A stretch of DNA of 64,000 bases from Pyrinomonadaceae bacterium (GCA_036403435.1 DASWQY010000157.1:3186-67185), one strand, 5' to 3'. Numbered from the stretch's first letter, positions 8,052 to 18,975 are shown. The notes: generated by a model from the letters alone, not told the origin. Program-made: numbers and translations.

Positions 8052-11000
8052 CTAGTGCGCCTGGCCGCTCATCGTCTGCGTTTGTGTGGATCGAGCGGCT
8101 TCCTCTTCTGGCGTCGGCTCTCTCTCGCCGAGGACGACGCGGACATGGTGCGTCTTGCCGTCGTCGGCGAGGGCGATGTCGAGCGTCGCCTGCCGCACGT
8201 CGTCGAGCCAGACTTCGGCGACGCCGCGGCTGACGCCGGAGGGGTTCTCGACCTTGATCGCGTAGAGCGTGCGCCCGCGCCGGTAGTTGATTTCGTACGA
8301 GCGCCAGCTACGCGGGATGCACGGCTCTATCTTGAGCTTCCCGGCGCGCAACTCGAAGCCGAGGATGGATTCGAGGCCCGCGCGGTACATCCAGCTCGAC
8401 GAGCCCGTGTACCACGTCCACCCGCCGCGCCCCGTGTGCGGCCAGACGGCGTAGACATCGCCGGCCGCGACGTAGGGCTCCGTCTTGTACTTGTGAAGGC
8501 CCGCGCGCGTCGAGGCGTGGCTGATGGGGTTCAGGAGCGTGAACAGCTCACCCGCGCGGTCGCCGTCGCCGAGACGGGCGTAGGCGATCAGAGTCCAGAT
8601 CGCCGCGTGCGTGTACTGGCCCCCGTTCTCGCGCACGCCCGGCACGTAGCCTTTGATGTAGCCGGGGTCGAGCGCGCTCTTGTCGAACGGCGGCGTGAAC
8701 AGAATGACCAACCCGTCGCCGCGCCGTATCAAATACTCTTCGACGGCCGACATGGCGCGGTGCGCGCGCACGCGGTCGGCCGCGCCCGAGATGACGCCCC
8801 ACGATTGCACGATGGAGTCAATTCGGCACTCCTCGTTCTGCGCGGAGCCCAAAGGCGTGCCGTCGTCGAAGTAAGCGCGGCGATACCAGTCGCCGTCCCA
8901 GGCGTGTGCTTCGAGCGCCTGCTTCAAGTTCGTCATGTGCTCGCGGTAGGCCGAGGCGCGCGCCGTCTCCTTCCGCTCGTCGCAGAACGGCGCGAAACCA
9001 TTAAGCGTCGTGTGCAGGAACCAGCCGACCCACACGCTCTCGCCTTTGCCCAGATGGCCCACGCGGTTCATGCCGTCGTTCCAGTCGCCCGAGCCCATCA
9101 GCGGCAAGCCGTGCTCGCCCGTCTTCAAGCTCCTGTCGAGCGCACGCGCGCAGTGCTCGTAAACGCTCGCCGTCTCGGCCGAGACGGCGGGCTGCGTGTA
9201 AGACTCGCTCTCTTCGGGGCCGAGCTGCGGCCCCTCGATAAATGGCACAACTTCGTCGAGCACGGAAGCGTCGCCGGTCACCTCTATGTAGAAGTTCGTG
9301 ACGAAGGGGAGCCACAATAAATCGTCCGAGAAGCGCGTCCGCACCCCGCGGCCCGTCGGCGGGTGCCACCAGTGCTGAACGTCGCCCTCCTTGAACTGGC
9401 GCGACGCCGCGCGCACGATCTGTGCTCGGGCAATCTCAGGCTTGGAGTAGACGAGCGCCATCACGTCCTGCAACTGGTCGCGGAAGCCGTAAGCGCCGCC
9501 CGACTGGTAGAAGGCCGAGCGCGACCAGACGCGGCAGGCCAAAGTTTGATAGAGCAGCCAGCGATTAAGAAGCGTGTCCATCGCCGTGTCCGGCGTGCGG
9601 ACCTCGATTGCGCCGAGCAACTCGTCCCAGTGGGCGACGACGCGCTCGAACTCCTGGTTGACCTGGGAGATTTTCCTGAAGCGCACGGACAGAGAGCGCG
9701 CCTCTTCCGCGCTCTCGGCCTGGCCCGCGAGGATGACGATTTGGCGCGACTCGCCGGGGGCGAGTTCCACGACACACTGGAGCGCGGCGCAGGGGTCCAG
9801 CCCCGCGCCCGCGCGGCCCGAAAGACCGACGCGGCGGAGCGCCGCCGGGTCGTCCAGCGAGCCGTTGCGCCCGATGAACTCCTTGCGGTCGCACGTCACG
9901 GTGCGCTCCTGCCCGACTAATTCGAAGAAGGCGACGCGGTGCGCGAACTCGTTGTTATAGGGGTTGCGCGCCGTGACGGGGCCGTCACGCTCGTCGGCCT
10001 CCGTGATGATGAAGGGCGCGGACTGGCTTCGCTGCACGCCGAGCACAAGCTCGTTGTAGCTCGTCACCGAGAGCCGCCGCTTGCGCTCCGTCTGGTTGCG
10101 CAGGCGCAGGACGGAAATCTTGACGGGCGCGTCGAGCGGCACGAATTGCAGCAGCTCCTGCGCCAGCCCGTGGCTCGTGCGCTCGAAGACCGTGTAGCCC
10201 TGACCGTGGCGGACAATGTATGGGCCAGTTTCGCGCACGGGCAAAGGCGTCGGCGTCCAAACTGTGCCAGTCTCTTCGTCGCGCAGGTAAACCACTTCGC
10301 CCGGCGGGTCGGAGATCGCGTCGTTCGACCACGGCGTCAAACGGTTCTCGCGGCTGTTGGCCGACCAGGTGAAGCCTGCGCCCGTCTCCGTCACCTGGAA
10401 GCCGAAGTCCTGGCCGTTCGAGACGACGTTGAGCCAGGGCGCGGGCGTCCACTGCCCCTCGCCGAGGATGATGACGTACTCGCGCCCCTCGGGGCTGAAG
10501 CCGCCGAGGCCGTTGAAGAACGCGAGGTCGGGGCTCTCGACCGTGGGCTCGGGGTAAGTGCGCGAGGGCCGGCGCGGGACGAGTGGCAGCGGCAGTTCGC
10601 TCTCGATGGGGCGGCGCACGAGTTGTTCGTCGAGCGAGCCGCGGTCGGTGACGATGACGACGCGCGCGACCGCGTGGAGCAGGATGCGGTCGGCCTCGGG
10701 CATGATGTCGGTGCGGCGCACGAAGACGCCGCCGGGCTTGTCCAGAAGCGCGTGCGAGCCGCTCTTGCGAATCAGCGACTGAATCTCCTCCTGAAGCTCC
10801 TGGACGTAGCTCAAGGGCTTGTCGTTCAAAATCACCAGGTCGAAGCTCAAGCCCTTAAGGTGCAGGTACTCGTGCGCCCTGAGCATCTGGCGCACCATGT
10901 CCAACTCTTCCGACTGCCCGATGCGGACCAAAACTATCGGCAGGTCGCCGCTGATGCCGTAGGGCCAGAGGGAGGATTGCGCTTTCGTGTTGAGCGAGAG

Positions 11001-14000
11001 GACGTGCGCGCTCGGCCGAAGCGATGGGTCGGAGTAGAGGATGCGCCCGGCGAGGCGCTGGAAGAGGTGCGCCTCCTCGGGGTCCATGTTGAGGTGGAGC
11101 ATCTCGACCTTCGACTTGGTCCAGGCCATTCGCGCCTCGCGCTCGAAGGTGGAGGTATCGTGGTACTTGTCCGCGAGTTGCAGCGCCTCATCACGCGAGC
11201 GTGCGACGGCCGTGGCGAAAGAGACGCGCGCCGTCTCGCCCGGCTTCAAACGCACGCGCTGGCGCAGGCAGAAGGCGGGGTCCAACACCGTGCCCGTCGT
11301 GTTCGAGAGCGGGCGGTCTTCCATCACGGCGACAGGCTCTTTCGTCGAGTGGCCGCGGCCGAGGAAGCGCGAGCGGTCGGTCTCGTACTGCACGGGGCCG
11401 ACCGCTTCGCCTTCGGTGACGACCGTGTGGACGCCCCAGACCACTTCGTCTTTTTCCGAGCGCGGGCGGCGGCGCGCAATGAGCGCGTTCTCCGCCTGGA
11501 TGAATTCCGTTTCGACGAAGAGGTTGCTGAAGGCCGGGTGCGCCGCGTCCGCGGCCGGCGGCGCTAGCACGACCTCCATGTAGCTCGTCAGCTCTATCTC
11601 GCGCATGCGCGACGACTCGTTCTTGACGGAGATGCGGCGCACCTCGGCGTCGTCCTCCGGCGAGACGATAATCTCGGTGTGCGTCGCAAGCCCCGCGTCG
11701 AGCCGCCAGAACTCCGCCTTGTCCTCGGAGAAGCTGACTTCGTAAGAGGACGCGGCGCGGCCCGTCGGCTGGAAGCCGGCGGACCAGACCATGCCGGTAC
11801 GCACGTCGCGCAGGTAGCAGAAGCTCCCCCAGTTGTCGCGCGTCACGTCCTCGCGCCAGCGCGTGACTGAGAGCGGGCCGCAAGCTGAGTAGCCCGCGCC
11901 TGAGGTCGTGACCATCACGGAGTAAGTCCCGTTCGAGAGGAGCTGGACGCGCGGCGTCGGGAGGTCTGCCGTGTCGAAGCGGCGCGCGACCGGCTGAAGC
12001 GTGCCGCGCACGACGCGGCTCAGCAACACTTCCTCCGCGCGTGGCCTGGTGACGGGTACGCCGACGGGGATGCGCTCTTGCAGCAAAAGCTCCGTGGCCT
12101 GGACCAACGGGTCCGCGTGGAAACGCTCCTGCATCACGCGCCCGTTCAGCACGTTGTCAATCGAGACGAAGGTCATCCCCTGGTGGTGCGCCATGAAGGA
12201 CTGTATGCGGACGCTCCTCTGACCCTGCGGCACACGGTCGGGCGTGTAGTCAATCGCCTCGTAGTAACCGTAGCGCCCGAGCGCCCCCTCGCGCGCCAGC
12301 CTATCAAGATTCTCTTTGGCCGCCGGGGGATCAATCATTCCCGCGAGCATCGTCGAGTAGGGCGAGATGACGAGGTCTTGACTGAGGCCACGCTTCAAGC
12401 CTAAGCCGGGGACGCCGAACGGCCCGTACTGGTAGTTCATGTGCAGGTCGCGCCCGTTGTAGGCGGACTCCGAGATGCCCCACGCCACATTGCGCTCGCG
12501 GCCGTACTCAATCTGGCGCGCGACCACCGCGCGATAAGTCTCGCCCAGCAAGGTTTCCGGGTAGTCGCGCATGACGAGGAGCGGCATCAGGTACTCGAAC
12601 ATCGTCGCCGTCCACGAGACGAGCGCGCGGCGGCCGTCAACGGGCGTGAGCTGGCGGCCCAGGCGGAACCAGTGTTCCTGCGGCACCTGGCCCAGCGCGA
12701 TACTGATGAAACTCGCCAGCCTGGCCTCGGACGCCAGGAGGTCGAAGAGCGAATCGTCCAAGCGGCCGTCCGTGACGTTGTAGCCGATGCGGAAGACTTT
12801 GCGCTCCTCGTCGAAGAGGAAACGGAAGTCCGTCTCGGCCGTCAGCTGATCGCACTCGCGGACGAGCGCGCTCATGCGGTCGAGCGCGTACTTCGCGGCG
12901 GCCGCCCCCTCTTCGACGGCGACCGTCAGCAGCGCCAGCCCGTTAAGCGCCGCTTCGCGCTCGGGCATGTCGTCTATGGCGCAGGCTTCGATCTTCGCCT
13001 TGAGCGTTTCAATTCGATTAAGCGCGGCGTCACACTCTTCGGGGACGCGCGCCAGCGCGGGCACGCGTTCGAGCGCCGCCTCAAGCTCCTGCCACTCGGC
13101 GGCGACTTCGGGCGAGCACTTTTCGATCAACGGGGCGAAGTGCTCCACGCTCTTGCCCGCCCAGGGCGTGAGCGTGTTGAAGTCGCGGCGCAGGGCGCGC
13201 GTCTGGTGTTGGAGCGCGCGGACCCAGTAGCCCAACTCCATGAAGCTGCCCTCGCCGTGCTCCTGCGAGAGAGCGCCGACGATGTCCTCGATGACGGCGG
13301 CGCGCTCGGCCAGCGCGTCGAACAATTTGGCCCACGCGCCGAGGAGTTGCGGCATGTCGCCTTCGACCAGCGCGTCGCAAGCCTCTATCTCCCTGCGCAG
13401 CTCCTTCAAAGTCACGACCTGCGTGCGCTGCTGCACGGGGTCCAGGCGTCCCGCTTCGTGGCGCAGGAGGTCAATCGTGTCACTGAGCCCGTGGACGGCG
13501 CGCGCGTCGAAGAGCGGGCGGTCGCCTATGTCCAGGCAGCCCTGCTTGACGCAGATGAGGTGGCCCGCGAGGTTGCCGCTGTCCACGGTCGAGATGTACT
13601 GCGGCTGCAAGGGCTCAAGGTTGCGCGTGTCATACCAGTTGAAGAAGTGGCCGCGAAACCTTTGCAGCTTCTTGAGCGTCGTCAGCGTCAGATTCAGGCG
13701 CTCGCCGATTTCGAGCGTGCCGGCGTAGCCGAAGTCGTGCGCGGCGACGGTCGAAAGGAGCAAGAGCGCAATGTTGGTCGGCGAAGTGCGGTGGGCGACG
13801 ACCGGCTGCGGGTCCTCCTGAAAATTGTCCGGCGGCAGCCAGTTGTCTTCCTCGCCCGCGAAGGTCTCGAAGTAGCGCCAGGTGCGCCGCGCCACGAGCC
13901 GCGCGTCGCGCGCGTCCTTCGGAGCCAGCGTCTGCACGACGGGCGGCGTGCGGCGGCTGACCCAGTGGGCCACAATCGGCGAGAGCGCCCACGCGAGGAG

Positions 14001-16931
14001 GAAGGGCGCGGCCACGGGCAAAGCCGCGGGGTTACGCCAGAGGATGAGCGCGAGCAGGAGGCCCGCGAGCAGCTCGGCGGGCCACATCAGGCGCAGGTAA
14101 GCCTTGCGGTCGTGGCGGCTCGCGCTCTCGGCCTGCGCCGCCGTCACCCATTCGAGCAGGCGACGGCGCGAGACGAGCTTGCGGTAAGCGGTGCGCGCGA
14201 CGGCGTCCACCATCAGGTAAGACTGGTGGGCCAGAAAAGTGATGGTCAGCGCGACCTGCGCGGTGTTGGTCCGCACGTCTCCCCAGACACTCCAGAAGTG
14301 GCTCGTCCAGGGGATGCCGCGCGGGTGAATCAGGAGACTCGTCGTGACGTGCGCGTAGACGGGAAACGCGAGCACGAGCAGGGCCAGGAGCGTCCAGACC
14401 AGGGCCGAGCCGGGGAGCACCGTCCAGGTCGCCGCGAGCCACAGCAGAACCATGGGGGCGACGAGGCTGCGCCGGAGGTTGTCGAAAATCTTCCAGCGCG
14501 CGATGGCCGGGAGACGGTTGCGCACGGCGCGGCCACCTTCTTCTGGCACACTTCTGAAGAGCCAGCGGGAGATCTGCCAGTCGCCGCGCGTCCAGCGGTG
14601 CTGGCGCTTGGCGTAGGTGTCGTAGTAGGCCGGGTAGTCGTCCAGTAGCTCAATGTCGGTGACAAGCGCGGCGCGCGCGTAAAGACTCTCGAAGAGGTCG
14701 TGGCTCAAGAGCGCGTTCTCCGGCACGCGACCTTCGAGCGCCGCCTCGAAGGCGTCCACGTCGTAGAGACCTTTGCCCGTGTAGCTGCCCTCGCCGAAGA
14801 GGTCTTGATACACGTCGGAGACCGCCGTCGTGTAAGGATCAATCCCCGTGTTGCCGGAGAAGACGCGGGCGAAGCGCGAGTGCGAAGCGGAGGGCAGCGA
14901 GATGCTGACGCGCGGTTGCAGGATGGCGTAGCCCTTGACGACGCGGCCGGTGCTTTCGTCAAACTGCGGGCGGTTCAAGGGGTGCGTGATCGTGCCGACG
15001 AGGCGGCGCGCGGCGTCGCGCGGCAACTGCGTGTCGGAGTCGAGCGTGATGACGTAGCGCACGTCCGTTAAAGTTTTCTGGTCGGCGGTCGCGACGATAA
15101 ACGTGGTGTCGCGCGCGCCGCGCAAGTATCGGTTGAACTCGTGCAGCTTGCCGCGCTTGCGCTCCCAGCCGAGCCACTTCCCCTCGCCCTCGTTCCACAG
15201 CCGGCGGCGGTGGAAAAGAAAGAAGCGTTGCTGTCCTTCGTCCGCGTAGCGCGCGTTCAACTCTTCGGTTCCGCGCAGCGCCGCGTCGAGCAGCGCGTCG
15301 TCCTGCGGCGTCTCCTCCGCGTCCGCGTCCGCGAAATCCCCGAGGAGCGCGAACGACAAACGCTCGTCCTGGTTCGCCAGGTAATGCACCTCCAGCTTTT
15401 CCAGCAGCTCGCGCACTGTCGCTTCGCTCGTAAAGAGCGTCGGGATGACGACGAAGGTGCGCGCGTCTTCCGGGATGCCCTTCGACACGTCCATCTTGGG
15501 CAGCACGCGCGGGCTGAAGACGCGCGTGGCGTCCCAGTTCAGCATGCCGAGCGCGAGATCGCCCGCCGGGACGAGGACGACGAGCGCGCACGCGACGAGG
15601 AGCGCCGTCGTCGCCCCGGAGTAAGCGGCGTAAGCGACGAAGGCCGCCGCGACGAACGCCGTCAGGACGGCGAGCGTGCCGAGATAGACCAGGGTCGGGT
15701 GGCGGAAGATTGCGCGGGTGATCTTTTCGTGCAGGCGCGGGCGATAATCGAAAGCCTTTTCAAGCTCAAGCAGGCCGTCGTCAATCAGGTGGTGGCCGAC
15801 GTGCGCGCGCCGCACATCTTTTGCGTCCGCCCGGCCCGAATTCTGTGCCAGCTCGACGGCCTTGCGCGCGACTTCCAGCTCGTCCGTGCGCGTGCGCTTA
15901 CTGATGCGCTCGACGACATGGCGGTAGTGGTCGCGCGAGCCGAACTCCATGCGCGAGTACGCGCCCGCCGGGTCTTCACTCAAAATCGGGTCAACGAGGC
16001 TCACGTCCTCGAAGAAGTCGCGCCAGTCGAGCGACGAGAACAGGCGCATGCTCGTGATGATGTTGCCGACGGTGACCTGCGCGGTGGCCTGGCGCTGGTG
16101 CTCAAGGTGGACGAGTTGTTCGACGCTGCTCCCGCGCTCGGCCAACTGTTTTTCGAGCGTGTCGAGCACGACCGCGACCGCCGGGTCCTGGTCGCGCAGC
16201 CGCTGGACCAGGTGGACGATGAAGGCGCGGCCCAGTTGCTCGCGCCTCTTCCAGCGGTCGTTGATGACGGCGATCAACTCTTCCTTGGGCCGCCCGGTCA
16301 TGCCGAGGAGGCGGTCCGCGAGCGCGTCCGCCTCTTCCCTTTCCTCGCGCGAGCTGACGACGCGCGTCGTCAGGCGGCGCAGGTTCTCCACGAGCGCGAG
16401 CCGCAGGCTGATGGCGAGCGCCCACACCTCGCCGATGGTCAAGGGCGCGACGCGCTGGTAGGCGCGCACGAACCGGCGCAGGGTCTCGCCGTCGAGCCGG
16501 CTGTCAGTATGCGCGACGACCGCGAGCGCGATGGCGTAGATGCGCGGGTAGCCCGAGAGCTCGCCTTTCGTCAACTTCGGCAATTCGTAGTAGAAGCTCT
16601 TCGGGAGGTCTTCGCGGATTTCGCGGAGCTGTTCCTCGACGATGTGGAAGTTGTCAACGAGCCACTCGGCGGCGGGCGAGATGGTGCGCTCGTTGCTGAT
16701 GGCGCGGCCGAGCGAGCGGTAGGCGGCGACGAGCTTGCGGCCGTTCTCTTCGAGGCGCGGCAGGAGTTGGCGGCCGCGCGCGGGCTCCCTGGAGACCTTG
16801 TGCTCGGCGGCCAGGAAGGCGGCGAACTGTTCGAGCCGCTCGACGCTGTAGAGTTCGCCGCGGATCGGCTCTTCGTCCCCGTCGCCGGTCGCCTTGCGCC
16901 TGCCGGATAATGACTCGAAGAATTTAAGCAT
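8052..16931 (-). CDS. ndvB: Cyclic beta-1,2-glucan synthase (NdvB/ChvB/Cgs-like: membrane GT84 glycosyltransferase plus C-terminal GH94 phosphorylase-like region)
   Basis: 2959 aa. There are multiple TM segments around aa 400-1000. The glycosyltransferase motifs YVITLDSDTQLPRD and QHRWTRGDWQ are present. The C-terminal glucoamylase/GH94-like region includes GGQYTHAAIWTLIAYARLGD. Size and architecture match NdvB/Cgs. Confidence 0.85.
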   Translation of the reverse strand: MLKFFESLSGRRKATGDGDEEPIRGELYSVERLEQFAAFLAAEHKVSREPARGRQLLPRLEENGRKLVAAYRSLGRAISNERTISPAAEWLVDNFHIVEEQLREIREDLPKSFYYELPKLTKGELSGYPRIYAIALAVVAHTDSRLDGETLRRFVRAYQRVAPLTIGEVWALAISLRLALVENLRRLTTRVVSSREEREEADALADRLLGMTGRPKEELIAVINDRWKRREQLGRAFIVHLVQRLRDQDPAVAVVLDTLEKQLAERGSSVEQLVHLEHQRQATAQVTVGNIITSMRLFSSLDWRDFFEDVSLVDPILSEDPAGAYSRMEFGSRDHYRHVVERISKRTRTDELEVARKAVELAQNSGRADAKDVRRAHVGHHLIDDGLLELEKAFDYRPRLHEKITRAIFRHPTLVYLGTLAVLTAFVAAAFVAYAAYSGATTALLVACALVVLVPAGDLALGMLNWDATRVFSPRVLPKMDVSKGIPEDARTFVVIPTLFTSEATVRELLEKLEVHYLANQDERLSFALLGDFADADAEETPQDDALLDAALRGTEELNARYADEGQQRFFLFHRRRLWNEGEGKWLGWERKRGKLHEFNRYLRGARDTTFIVATADQKTLTDVRYVITLDSDTQLPRDAARRLVGTITHPLNRPQFDESTGRVVKGYAILQPRVSISLPSASHSRFARVFSGNTGIDPYTTAVSDVYQDLFGEGSYTGKGLYDVDAFEAALEGRVPENALLSHDLFESLYARAALVTDIELLDDYPAYYDTYAKRQHRWTRGDWQISRWLFRSVPEEGGRAVRNRLPAIARWKIFDNLRRSLVAPMVLLWLAATWTVLPGSALVWTLLALLVLAFPVYAHVTTSLLIHPRGIPWTSHFWSVWGDVRTNTAQVALTITFLAHQSYLMVDAVARTAYRKLVSRRRLLEWVTAAQAESASRHDRKAYLRLMWPAELLAGLLLALILWRNPAALPVAAPFLLAWALSPIVAHWVSRRTPPVVQTLAPKDARDARLVARRTWRYFETFAGEEDNWLPPDNFQEDPQPVVAHRTSPTNIALLLLSTVAAHDFGYAGTLEIGERLNLTLTTLKKLQRFRGHFFNWYDTRNLEPLQPQYISTVDSGNLAGHLICVKQGCLDIGDRPLFDARAVHGLSDTIDLLRHEAGRLDPVQQRTQVVTLKELRREIEACDALVEGDMPQLLGAWAKLFDALAERAAVIEDIVGALSQEHGEGSFMELGYWVRALQHQTRALRRDFNTLTPWAGKSVEHFAPLIEKCSPEVAAEWQELEAALERVPALARVPEECDAALNRIETLKAKIEACAIDDMPEREAALNGLALLTVAVEEGAAAAKYALDRMSALVRECDQLTAETDFRFLFDEERKVFRIGYNVTDGRLDDSLFDLLASEARLASFISIALGQVPQEHWFRLGRQLTPVDGRRALVSWTATMFEYLMPLLVMRDYPETLLGETYRAVVARQIEYGRERNVAWGISESAYNGRDLHMNYQYGPFGVPGLGLKRGLSQDLVISPYSTMLAGMIDPPAAKENLDRLAREGALGRYGYYEAIDYTPDRVPQGQRSVRIQSFMAHHQGMTFVSIDNVLNGRVMQERFHADPLVQATELLLQERIPVGVPVTRPRAEEVLLSRVVRGTLQPVARRFDTADLPTPRVQLLSNGTYSVMVTTSGAGYSACGPLSVTRWREDVTRDNWGSFCYLRDVRTGMVWSAGFQPTGRAASSYEVSFSEDKAEFWRLDAGLATHTEIIVSPEDDAEVRRISVKNESSRMREIELTSYMEVVLAPPAADAAHPAFSNLFVETEFIQAENALIARRRPRSEKDEVVWGVHTVVTEGEAVGPVQYETDRSRFLGRGHSTKEPVAVMEDRPLSNTTGTVLDPAFCLRQRVRLKPGETARVSFATAVARSRDEALQLADKYHDTSTFEREARMAWTKSKVEMLHLNMDPEEAHLFQRLAGRILYSDPSLRPSAHVLSLNTKAQSSLWPYGISGDLPIVLVRIGQSEELDMVRQMLRAHEYLHLKGLSFDLVILNDKPLSYVQELQEEIQSLIRKSGSHALLDKPGGVFVRRTDIMPEADRILLHAVARVVIVTDRGSLDEQLVRRPIESELPLPLVPRRPSRTYPEPTVESPDLAFFNGLGGFSPEGREYVIILGEGQWTPAPWLNVVSNGQDFGFQVTETGAGFTWSANSRENRLTPWSNDAISDPPGEVVYLRDEETGTVWTPTPLPVRETGPYIVRHGQGYTVFERTSHGLAQELLQFVPLDAPVKISVLRLRNQTERKRRLSVTSYNELVLGVQRSQSAPFIITEADERDGPVTARNPYNNEFAHRVAFFELVGQERTVTCDRKEFIGRNGSLDDPAALRRVGLSGRAGAGLDPCAALQCVVELAPGESRQIVILAGQAESAEEARSLSVRFRKISQVNQEFERVVAHWDELLGAIEVRTPDTAMDTLLNRWLLYQTLACRVWSRSAFYQSGGAYGFRDQLQDVMALVYSKPEIARAQIVRAASRQFKEGDVQHWWHPPTGRGVRTRFSDDLLWLPFVTNFYIEVTGDASVLDEVVPFIEGPQLGPEESESYTQPAVSAETASVYEHCARALDRSLKTGEHGLPLMGSGDWNDGMNRVGHLGKGESVWVGWFLHTTLNGFAPFCDERKETARASAYREHMTNLKQALEAHAWDGDWYRRAYFDDGTPLGSAQNEECRIDSIVQSWGVISGAADRVRAHRAMSAVEEYLIRRGDGLVILFTPPFDKSALDPGYIKGYVPGVRENGGQYTHAAIWTLIAYARLGDGDRAGELFTLLNPISHASTRAGLHKYKTEPYVAAGDVYAVWPHTGRGGWTWYTGSSSWMYRAGLESILGFELRAGKLKIEPCIPRSWRSYEINYRRGRTLYAIKVENPSGVSRGVAEVWLDDVRQATLDIALADDGKTHHVRVVLGEREPTPEEEAARSTQTQTMSGQAH

Positions 16932-16970
16932 GCTCGCCTGGGCCAGTTTTTAGACGGACGCGCTCCCAGC

Positions 16971-17002
16971 TAAAAAGGCGGGGAGTGTCTATTCCCCGCC
17001 TT
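16971..17002 (-). terminator. Intrinsic terminator of the PQQ-like propeller gene
   Basis: On the minus strand, AAGGCGGGGA-atagacac-TCCCCGCCTT is followed by TTTTTAG. The stem is 10 bp GC-rich and followed by a U-tract. Confidence 0.6.
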
Positions 17003-17052
17003 GAAAATTGTATCTTGCCCGGAGGTTCACACAATCATATCAGATGTGCTCC

Positions 17053-18975
17053 TCATCCGCCGCCCAGCAGACTGTAGGCCATCAGCCGGTCGCCTTTCGA
17101 GACGAAGAGCTGCCGCGTCGTCTCGTCCGTGATGAAACGCTCGTCCGGGTCGCCGAGGCGCAGGCGCACGTCCGTCCGCCCGTTGTGAATGTTGACTCCG
17201 GCGAGCCCGTTACCCATGCCCTTGAGGTCAGTGTAGAAGTACATGTGCGTGCCGCGCAGGGCCGCCAGCCGCTCGCGCCGCCAGAAGAAGCGGGCCAATT
17301 TGTCTAACTGGCTGGCGGGGTCCAGGCGGTCCAGAAGTCGCTCGCCCACGTCATCGGAGCTGACAGAGGGGCGCGGGATTCCTGGCACAGAAGGCATGGA
17401 GACGCGCGGCCGCGTGGCCGTCGCCGTCGTCGCCAGGCCGCGTAGCCGTGAGGCCACGCCGTAAGAGGAGAAACGCTGCGAGACGTAGTCGCGCGCTCGC
17501 TCGGTCGCGAACGTCGTCAGGTTCGGCGTCGCCACGCGCGAGGCCAAACCGGACCAGCGCAAAGAAGCCAGAGAGCTTGCGGTGCGCGCCAATTGGACGC
17601 CGCGGAAGACGGTCGTCACGGTGCCGCCGTAGCGGAAGTAGAGCGAGGCGGCGCGCGCCGCGACGCCCGCGACCGTGCGCAGGAAGCCGCGCCCCGGCGG
17701 CGTGTAGCGCGCACGCCAGACGCCCTCTTTGTAGTCGCCGCGCGGATCGAAGGCGGCGATCTCGTTGCGCCCGCCGACGATCAGCTCGCCGCGCTCGTTG
17801 ACCAGCACGAACGCCGCGCGCTCGATCTTGTGCGAGACTTTAGCGCGCCGCTTGCCGGTCTCCGCGTCAATGAAAACCAGGTCGTCCTCGTCGGCGACGA
17901 CGACCGTCTCGGCGTCCGGCAGCGCGACGTTCGTCAGCCCCTTGTCCGCGCCCTTGTAGCGCCAGATGGTCTTCCCCGTCCGCGCGTCAATCGCGCTCAC
18001 GCCGTAGGGGCCGCGCAAGACCGCCTCGCCGTCTTCGAGGCGCGTGAACTGCCCGCCCGTGCGGACGTAGAGCACGCCGTTCGCTGTGAGCAGCATCTCG
18101 GGCGTGAGGCCGAGGTCTTTCGCCTCCCAGACCTCTTTGCCGCTCTCGCGCGAGACGGCGCGCACGTGGCCGCGGCCGGAGGTGTAGACGAATCGTTCGT
18201 CGAACACGGGGTCTGCTTCAGTCAGCGCCAATCCTTCTTCGTTAACGCGGAAACGTTCGCGCTGGCGCTCCTTCCCGGTGCGCGCGTCGAGCGAGGCGAC
18301 GCCTTCGTAGAAGAGGTAGAGGCGGCCGTCGAGGAAGAACGGCGGGTGATAATTATCGAGCGTGTATTCGGTCTCTCCGCCGCCGCCCTCGCCCCAGCGC
18401 GCGGGCATCATCTCGATCTCGCTCTCGATTTTGTAGTCCCACAGCTCGTCGCCCGACGCGAGGTTGAAGACGTGGACCACGGGGCGGCGCTTGAAGCCTG
18501 AGCGCGCGTGGTCTTTCGCGTCGCGGACGAAGACGGCGGCGAGCAGGTTCTGGTCCGTGTCCACGGCCATCTGCATCACGCCGCCCTTGACCTTGTCGCT
18601 CTGCCAGAGGCGGTCGCCCGTGAAGAGGTCAACGGCCTCGACGCGCGTGCGGTCGTCCTTCTCGAAACTCAGGAGCAGCACGTCCGTCCCCGGCACGGGC
18701 GCAACGTCAGTCTCGTCGAGGCGCGCGTTCTTGCGCCGCCACAGAATTTCGCCCGTCTCGCCGCTCACGGCGTAAAGAGATTTTTCAGTCCCGGCGATGA
18801 GTACGCCCAACTCCGTCATCTGGTAGAAGCGCACCTCGCCGTCGAGCTTCGCGGACCAGTCCGCCTCGGCCGCGCGCGCTTGGCCCGACGAGAGAACGGC
18901 GCAGAGCGAGAGCACGAACGCGATTCTTTTCAGCCCCCAAGCACGAAAGAAAAAACCGTATGACATATAATCCAC
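17053..18975 (-). CDS. Secreted PQQ-like beta-propeller repeat protein (BamB-like fold)
   Basis: 640 aa with signal peptide ...IAFVLSLCAVLSSGQARA. It has recurrent G-x-x-x-W blade motifs (SGETGEILWRRK, ASGDELWDYK, ESGKEVWEAK, ARTGKTIWRYK). Confidence 0.7.
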   Translation of the reverse strand: MDYMSYGFFFRAWGLKRIAFVLSLCAVLSSGQARAAEADWSAKLDGEVRFYQMTELGVLIAGTEKSLYAVSGETGEILWRRKNARLDETDVAPVPGTDVLLLSFEKDDRTRVEAVDLFTGDRLWQSDKVKGGVMQMAVDTDQNLLAAVFVRDAKDHARSGFKRRPVVHVFNLASGDELWDYKIESEIEMMPARWGEGGGGETEYTLDNYHPPFFLDGRLYLFYEGVASLDARTGKERQRERFRVNEEGLALTEADPVFDERFVYTSGRGHVRAVSRESGKEVWEAKDLGLTPEMLLTANGVLYVRTGGQFTRLEDGEAVLRGPYGVSAIDARTGKTIWRYKGADKGLTNVALPDAETVVVADEDDLVFIDAETGKRRAKVSHKIERAAFVLVNERGELIVGGRNEIAAFDPRGDYKEGVWRARYTPPGRGFLRTVAGVAARAASLYFRYGGTVTTVFRGVQLARTASSLASLRWSGLASRVATPNLTTFATERARDYVSQRFSSYGVASRLRGLATTATATRPRVSMPSVPGIPRPSVSSDDVGERLLDRLDPASQLDKLARFFWRRERLAALRGTHMYFYTDLKGMGNGLAGVNIHNGRTDVRLRLGDPDERFITDETTRQLFVSKGDRLMAYSLLGGG

